The notes below the pieces were generated by a model, which worked only from the letters and a program-made list of their open reading frames with translations, did not search any database and was not told where the DNA came from. From contig CATNEN010000002.1 in NCBI GenBank assembly GCA_950097015.1, positions 5,580,001 to 5,644,000 on the forward strand: a DNA stretch of 64,000 nt. The letters run 5' to 3'. Positions 57,907 to 64,000 of the stretch are shown piece by piece. Origin of the DNA: Macrostomum hystrix. Lineage: Eukaryota; Animalia; Platyhelminthes. Position numbers and translations under genes: made by a program. Every line of letters begins with the position of its first letter. The first letter of the stretch is position 1.

Positions 57907-58398
57907 TCAGTAGAGTTCCCGGATGCGCTGCACCGACTTTTGCCAGTTGTCGAACCACCTGGCCTCCAGGGTGTCGGCTTCGGCAGCGGCGCGTCGAATC
58001 TCATCCATGACAGCGTGGAAGAAGGCCTTGAAGGCGGCGTAGAACTCGCGCCTGGCCTTGTCTGTCTCATTGTGCGCCATTGTGGTCTTGGCAGTCACAA
58101 TGAGGGTGGCGCAGCGTAGGGTGCGAGCCGACTGCTGATCGGGTGACTGGAACTCGTTCAGCGGCAGTCCGGGCCAGTTGGCCTTGCCCCGCGGGATCAG
58201 CTGGTCCTTGCTGGGGTCGTGCAGCGGCTCTCCTGCCATCTGCTTGCGCAGCAGGTCAGCCGTCGGCAGCAGGTCTGGCGGCACCCGGCCTCGTTCGACT
58301 TCGTCAGCGGTGAGTAGGCTGTCCAGTTTAATGAAGAGCAGCTCGGACAGTTGGCTGATCTGGCTAGAGAAAGAGTCAGCCTCGCGAAGAACAAGTTC
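57907..58398 (-). CDS. CCDC180: CCDC180 last exon
   Basis: LFIKLDSLLTADEV...WFDNWQKSVQRIRELY*; acceptor aattag|GAA; TGA at 57909-57907. Confidence 0.82.
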   Translation of the reverse strand, partial: ELVLREADSFSSQISQLSELLFIKLDSLLTADEVERGRVPPDLLPTADLLRKQMAGEPLHDPSKDQLIPRGKANWPGLPLNEFQSPDQQSARTLRCATLIVTAKTTMAHNETDKARREFYAAFKAFFHAVMDEIRRAAAEADTLEARWFDNWQKSVQRIRELY

Positions 58399-58640
58399 CT
58401 AATTGGGATTTGGGATAAACAGGTGTCGTCTAGTAAGTTTTAGGAGAGCTACGTGAAAGTGACGTTGTTCCTACCCCTCACCCATCGAATGATTGCATTG
58501 CTAAACATGTGCTTCGTTAAAAATGGAAATAGCCCTAACTTGCACAGTTCACCAGTCCGTTAACTAGCATTAGCTGGAGTGGAAATATGAGTACGTGTGG
58601 CTGCCTACCCAGTCCACGGACTGAACAGCTGTACACACAC

Positions 58641-58985
58641 CTGTTTGTCAGACTTCAGGGCAGTCAGTGCTGTCAACAGTTCCTCGTGACGTTGCTGCTC
58701 CGCATGACAGACAGCCTCCAGCCTGTGCAGCCGCTCGGGATGGCCCAAGGCCGGCGACAGTGTCTCTTCGTGACTTCTCCGGCGTCGTTCCAGTTCAACC
58801 AGAGCTGCTGATGCGTCCGCAGCGATTCGGTCGAGTCCAACACGCACGGATTGGATGCAGCGTCGGTACAGATCTTCGAAGGCCAGGCGCGGTACCTGCT
58901 CGGCAAGACGTTCGAGTCGCTCGAGCTGATCACGCAGTTCAATCACGCAAGAATTGTGATAGGCGTCGGCTTGAGCGAAGTAGGC
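58641..58985 (-). CDS. CCDC180: CCDC180 exon
   Basis: QADAYHNSCVIELRDQL and LGHP resemble human QANKYHNSCLIELRIQI and LGHP; acceptor acgcag|GCC, donor CAG|GTGTGT. Confidence 0.85.
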
Positions 58986-59084
58986 CTGCGTTCGAGCGAG
59001 GATCGAGCATTCGTGAAGTGAGAATTCTAAAATCATCCTTACTAGATCTGGCAGAAAGAACATCCCAGTTTCACTTAGCCTCAC

Positions 59085-59334
59085 CTGCAGCTTTGAAATG
59101 ACCACCTCGGAGCACTGGTCAAACGTTTCATGAAGCGCCTGTGGCCGGGTCACCGGCCGGCTGCCCTTCTGCCTGTAGTAGAGCTCAGCTGCCAGCAGCA
59201 TGCCGTCCAAGGCCTCGCGACAGATCCGCCGCACCCGTCCTAGAAAGTGCTGCGACTCAACGGGATCTTCGCCCTCGCCGAACACCATGTACTTCTTGTC
59301 CAGGCGTTGGTTTTTGGCCACGAATTTGCGCGAG
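59085..59334 (-). CDS. CCDC180: CCDC180 exon (C-terminal conserved domain)
   Basis: RLDKKYMVFGE, YYRQKGSRPVTRP...ETFDQCSE resembles human FYRKEKRPVTRP..DTFDQCAE; acceptor gaacag|C, donor CAG|GTGAGG. Confidence 0.85.
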
Positions 59335-60979
59335 CTGTTCGATTGAAAAGTGGGTTCAATGAGGGCTCTAATTTCTGTTTGAAAATCCATTAGATTGAAT
59401 AAAATTGTTTACAATAGCCGTCAAACAACTAAGCTGCTCATTAATTTGTATATATTCAAGGGTTTTGATTTCAAACACCAAGTTTAGCCAGGAAAAATGT
59501 GCTCAGGATAAAACTTCTTGAGATAATATTTCTTTCTAAATTCTACTCAATATTCGTATTATCGATCGCTGCACAGTGTAGTGATAATTTTGCAGCATGC
59601 CAAATAAAAGCAAGCGAAAATAATTGAGTGATTAGTAAAACAACTAAGCTAATTGTGCAGGTGAGTTTCTGTGAATACCATATTCGTGCCGTTCGGAATC
59701 AAAATGTTTGTTTTACTAGATTGCAACGCGACGAAGCATGGCGGTTTGGAGAGCTGAGCACGCTTTTAAACGCTCGTGGATATCATTGAATATGAATTTG
59801 GTTTCCGAAATATTTTTGGCTGTTGAGCTTATTACTACTAATATTTTTTGCTACTTAACTCACACAGATAAAAACTGAAGAACTGTCTAATAGTAAGCGA
59901 TCTTTTGACGGGATTTCATAATGATTGTTAAAAACAATCAAAGGCCTCAGTCCATGAGAATTGTGCTTGTGAAAAATTCAGTAGCAGAAAGGAATTGTGT
60001 TCAGAAAGTTGTCGAAATCTTGAGAAAAAATCTGCAGTCTACTAATATGAAGCATTTGATCAAAGGAAAATGTAGATAGCAAACGCCAAGCCTTTTGTGC
60101 TAAAGCGCCCATTCAGAGCTTAAAGGACTCAATTACGCCATGGCATCCTGCAGCTCCTTTTCAATGAGAGCTTTCAGATCTTGCAGCATGTGGCCGCTGC
60201 TAGAAGCCGCCTCCTGAATGGTGCTAATGCGGCTGCTCTGACGACCAGTCGAGTTTCTGACGCCGTGCCTTTAAAGATTTCGTGTCGCTATTTTGCTTAA
60301 AATAATTAATTAATGTCTTCGGTATCGGATGGATTAATTTTCTGCCCAAACCGCTTACCAAAATCCAAAGTGGAAATTGGGGGGGTGAATTTTGCTAGTT
60401 CAATATACTAAAACTGTTGTTTTGGTGCAGGAAAAACGATTGCAACTCTCTGATCAGCTCATTGAGGGTTATCATTTAAAGTGGACTTCTCGGTAGAAGC
60501 GTCAACAATATCGCTTGCCACAATCATATTCACAGTTTTCTAATTATTAATGGGAAGAACTCTTCAGATACAACACTGTTAGTAAATTTAATTTAGCTTC
60601 CTCATTAGTAATCAAATTTTTCTTAGTAGATTACGTTAAGTCACTACAGAAAGTGGTGGCATGCTATTGGACATCTTTAAATTATTTTGATCTGAATGCA
60701 AGTTGCATCATCAGGTCTGTAGAACTTGCATTGAGACTGTTCTCCAGGTAAAGTACATGACGGGTCGGCCTCTGCTGGAAAACAAATATTTAAAAAGTAA
60801 TAAAATAGAAACAGAGGGGTTTGCAAAAGAAAAAGAACATTAAAAAAGTAAATTTAGGGTACAATGAAATCGGGCCTGTACCGCAGTGTACATTTAAAGT
60901 CGAACATTCTTTTGAAATAAACTAATGATTGAGCAATCTGCCAATTGTTTCATTGTGTCCGGGCGAGGACACAACTCAC

Positions 60980-61176
60980 GCTGATGTCCGGCGATTAATC
61001 GGCGGGTGCCCACCGCCGCCTCCGGTCGGCTGCTGTTGCTGCTGCTGCACTTCGCCCGAGCCGCGCCTCGAAGCCCGATTAATTGAGTCCATCTTGCTCA
61101 CCGAGGCCTGGCCGTGACCCTGCAGCGACGGCGTCTGGGTGCTGTCCACCGCGGCTGGAACAGCTGCCTGCGAGAC
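60980..61176 (-). CDS. CCDC180: CCDC180 exon (low complexity)
   Basis: VSQAAVPAAVDST...PPINRRTS; acceptor tactag|GTC, donor GC|GTGAGT. Confidence 0.6.
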
Positions 61177-61375
61177 CTAGTATTTCAATAAGTTGTAATT
61201 AAGTCCTGAGGTTCTTAGAGATCAAACTGTCTTGACGGGTACTCTATCGTCATTCCAAAGTCCCCTCTTTAAAGTCCTCATTCTAACTTATTGAAATTGA
61301 GATCTTTTGAAAGATGGATCTGAATCCCATGACACCCACAGCACACAACTAAATCAGGATTAAGGCCATTCCCAC

Positions 61376-61637
61376 CTGCTGCTCCTGCAGCTCGTCTCCA
61401 GCCTTCTTCTTCCTGGCCAACTTTCTGTCCTTAGCTCCGCCGACGCCGCCGGCGCCCCCAGCGCCTTCGTCCTTGTCGGCCTCGATGACCACCTCGGCCC
61501 CGCCGTGGGCGCGGGCTCGCTGGGTGCGGAGGATGCGGCGAATCACGCCAGCCGAAGGCTCCTCTGGCGGCTGCTTGCCCGGTCGGCTGACAGGAGTCGG
61601 CTGGGTGCTCGGCAGCCGCACTAGCTGCTGCTGCCTG
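61376..61637 (-). CDS. CCDC180: CCDC180 exon (low complexity)
   Basis: Phase continuity with both neighbours; acceptor ccgcag|C, donor CAG|GTGGGA. Confidence 0.65.
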
Positions 61638-61718
61638 CTGCGGGCGATTCGGCGGGAGAGATCAGCCGCTTATAAACTTCGGAGGGTGCAAATTATTTCA
61701 ATGTGTCCCATCTCTTAC

Positions 61719-62020
61719 CTGCTCGCTGCAGCCGGAGGTCCCGCAGTCTCCGGCGAGCCTGGAGCGGCAGCTGCCGCGTCGTCAACGGTGACCACCACAG
61801 GCGGCGGCTTCTGCGTGCCGATGCAGTTCAGGTAGACGCTGCGGTCGTTGAACATGTCGAAGATCTCGTGCAGGCCACTGTACAGGTCCTCGGGCCTGAC
61901 GGTCTCCTTGTCCAGGTTGGGCCTGGCGCATGCGTCCACGCGCTTGTCCAAGCTGTCCAGAGTCTCTACGAGCTTCAACGACTGCGAGTTGCTGTCCGAT
62001 ACCTCAGCTTTGATTTTCAC
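61719..62020 (-). CDS. CCDC180: CCDC180 exon
   Basis: VKIKAEVSDSNSQ...RSVYLNC; acceptor tgacag|GTG, donor AG|GTAAGA. Confidence 0.78.
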
Positions 62021-62108
62021 CTGTCAGTGGATTAGTAACTAGTTTTATTATAAAGCGGAGGGGAGAGTCGCACAGACAGCACACAATGCATCTGATGGCG
62101 GCACACAC

Positions 62109-62499
62109 CTGAGTATTAGTTAGCCACCTGGCCACCTTCTCCATGAACACCAGGTCCACCATGTGGTTGCGGAACTGCTCCTCGAACTCGCGCACCTTAG
62201 CGTTGGCAGCGTCCAGCCGCTTCTTTTCCATGCCCTCAAGCTCCGACAGGATGCCTGACTCGGCCGCGTCCACCCGGCTGGTCATTTTGTCCAGCCGCTT
62301 GCGATAGTCGTCAACCTCCTCCGGGCAGAAATTGCCGCCCTCGGAGAACAGCTTGAAAGACTTCACGAATCTGGCGTTAGCCTCGCGCAGCATCTGCAGC
62401 TTGTTGTCCAGGCCCTGGCGGAACTTCCTCAGGCTGGTCCTGATGCTCTCCATCAGCGACTCAACTTCGGTGGTGCACTGGGCACTGAGGGTCACCAGT
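62109..62499 (-). CDS. CCDC180: CCDC180 exon
   Basis: LREANARFVKSFKLFSEGGNFCPEEVDDYRKRL; acceptor ctgcag|A, donor CAG|GTGTGT. Confidence 0.8.
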
Positions 62500-62544
62500 C
62501 TGCAGTGTCAGTTGGGGGATGGGCTAATTAGCGAAGAAAAAACC

Positions 62545-62805
62545 TGAGATCTGGGATCTGAGATCTGGGATCTGAGATCTGGGATCTGAGATCTGGGATC
62601 TGAGATCTGGGATCTGAGATCTGGGATCTGAGATCTGGGATCTGAGATCTGGGATCTGAGATCTGGGATCTGAGATCTGGGATCTGAGATCTGGGATCTG
62701 AGATCTGGGATCTGAGATCTGGGATCTGAGATCTGGGATCTGAGATCTGGGATCTGAGATCTGGGATCTGAGATCTGGGATCTGAGATCTGGGATCTGAG
62801 ATCTC
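62545..62805. repeat. 14-bp minisatellite (TGAGATCTGGGATC)
   Basis: Homogeneous array in a CCDC180 intron. Confidence 0.96.
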
Positions 62806-62817
62806 TAGGGCGCTTAC

Positions 62818-63174
62818 TTTGCAGACTTTGTCGCGCTAGTGTAAGCTTCAGTCATGCCATCAATCTTGGTGGTGAAATTCGTCATCAGCCGCTCGTGCTC
62901 TTCGTTCATGGAGGCGAATTCGGCTTTCATCGCGTCCAGAGTCTGCTGCACGCCCTTCGTGTGCCGAGTCACTCGCTCGGAGTGAAGCACCAGTTCAGCG
63001 GCGCGCACATTGTGAACGTCCAGCTCTGCGCGACGCGGTCGCGGCTCATGCAAGTGCAGACGAAGGCGCAGCTCGGCCTCCAGCTCCTCAGATTTGGCGC
63101 GGACAATGCCGGCGCCGCGTTGAGTCGCCTCCGGACGCCAGGAGTCCACAAAGTCGAGGAAGTTCTGGCGGATG
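62818..63174 (-). CDS. CCDC180: CCDC180 exon
   Basis: IRQNFLDFVDSW...ELRLRLHLHEPRPRRAELDVHNVRAAELVLH; acceptor acgcag|C, donor AA|GTAAGC. Confidence 0.8.
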
Positions 63175-63231
63175 CTGCGTGAAGGAATCGAGGAATGTGA
63201 GACATCGGAAAGGAATCTGACATCAAGATTC

Positions 63232-63745
63232 GGGGATCTGGGATCGGGGATCTGGGATCGGGGATCTGGGATCGGGGATCTGGGATCGGGGATCTGGGAT
63301 CGGGGATCTGGGATCGGGGATCTGGGATCGGGGATCTGGGATCGGGGATCTGGGATCGGGGATCTGGGATCGGGGATCTGGGATCGGGGATCTGGGATCG
63401 GGGATCTGGGATCGGGGATCTGGGATCGGGGATCTGGGATCGGGGATCTGGGATCGGGGATCTGGGATCGGGGATCTGGGATCGGGGATCTGGGATCGGG
63501 GATCTGGGATCGGGGATCTGGGATCGGGGATCTGGGATCGGGGATCTGGGATCGGGGATCTGGGATCGGGGATCTGGGATCGGGGATCTGGGATCGGGGA
63601 TCTGGGATCGGGGATCTGGGATCGGGGATCTGGGATCGGGGATCTGGGATCGGGGATCTGGGATCGGGGATCTGGGATCGGGGATCTGGGATCGGGGATC
63701 TGGGATCGGGGATCTGTGATCGGGGATCTGGGATCGGGGATCTGT
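63232..63745. repeat. 14-bp minisatellite (GGGGATCTGGGATC)
   Basis: Homogeneous array in the adjacent CCDC180 intron. Confidence 0.96.
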
Positions 63746-63754
63746 GTGACTCAC

Positions 63755-64000
63755 GCAATCTTGGCTTCCAAGATGATCCGCCTCGGCACGGCTGCACTAC
63801 GCACATTCTCGTCCTCCTCCGCCGCCTTATCGGTAGCGTCGGCAGGCAGCAGGGTGATGTAGCCATGCTTCTGCTGCTGCTGCCCCGGCTGCTGTGGTTG
63901 GCCTTGTTGCTGCAGCAGCTGCGTTGACGACTGTGTTGGCTGCTGCTGCGACAGCTGTTGAAGGCTCTCGGCATCTGGAGGAGGAATTCCGTGGACGCCG
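63755..64000 (-). CDS. CCDC180: CCDC180/CFAP76-like coiled-coil ciliary protein, exon truncated by the window edge
   Basis: Frame ...QQQQKHGYITLLP...VPRRIILEAKI, donor GC|GTGAGT, in phase with the next exon. Confidence 0.65.

Overview
This is animal genomic DNA, not prokaryotic: there are no operons or CRISPR arrays. The minisatellite-stuffed introns, poly-Q-rich exons and TE content suggest the flatworm Macrostomum or a relative, but that is an inference. I reconstructed five spliced genes by hand from GT-AG sites and family motifs. (1) LARGE xylosyl/glucuronyltransferase (-, 5 exons, ~715 aa, 1874-9629). (2) MCFD2-like EF-hand protein (-, 4 exons, 169 aa, 12409-17921). (3) An N-acylatable globin X-like globin (+, 3 exons, 205 aa, 21502-38910) with a 15.4-kb first intron. 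(4) Mediator subunit MED1 (-, ~10 exons, ~1700 aa, 44736-53750). (5) The 3' part of CCDC180/CFAP76 (-, 57907 to beyond 64000). Mobile elements are an intact Ty3/Gypsy element with identical 218-bp LTRs, an intact DD34D mariner with unusually long 201-bp TIRs, a CACTA/CMC-like MITE, a hAT-Charlie-like MITE, an RTE-like LINE fragment and tRNA-derived SINE-like relics. About 25 different minisatellite arrays fill introns and spacers. The best candidate for something undescribed is a ~170-bp element present twice, in the same orientation, just inside intron 1 of both MCFD2 and MED1. It carries a long hairpin and a segment ordered like an HDV-type self-cleaving ribozyme, including an exact 14-nt match to the HDV genomic P3/L3. 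The fold has defects and may be decayed or coincidental.
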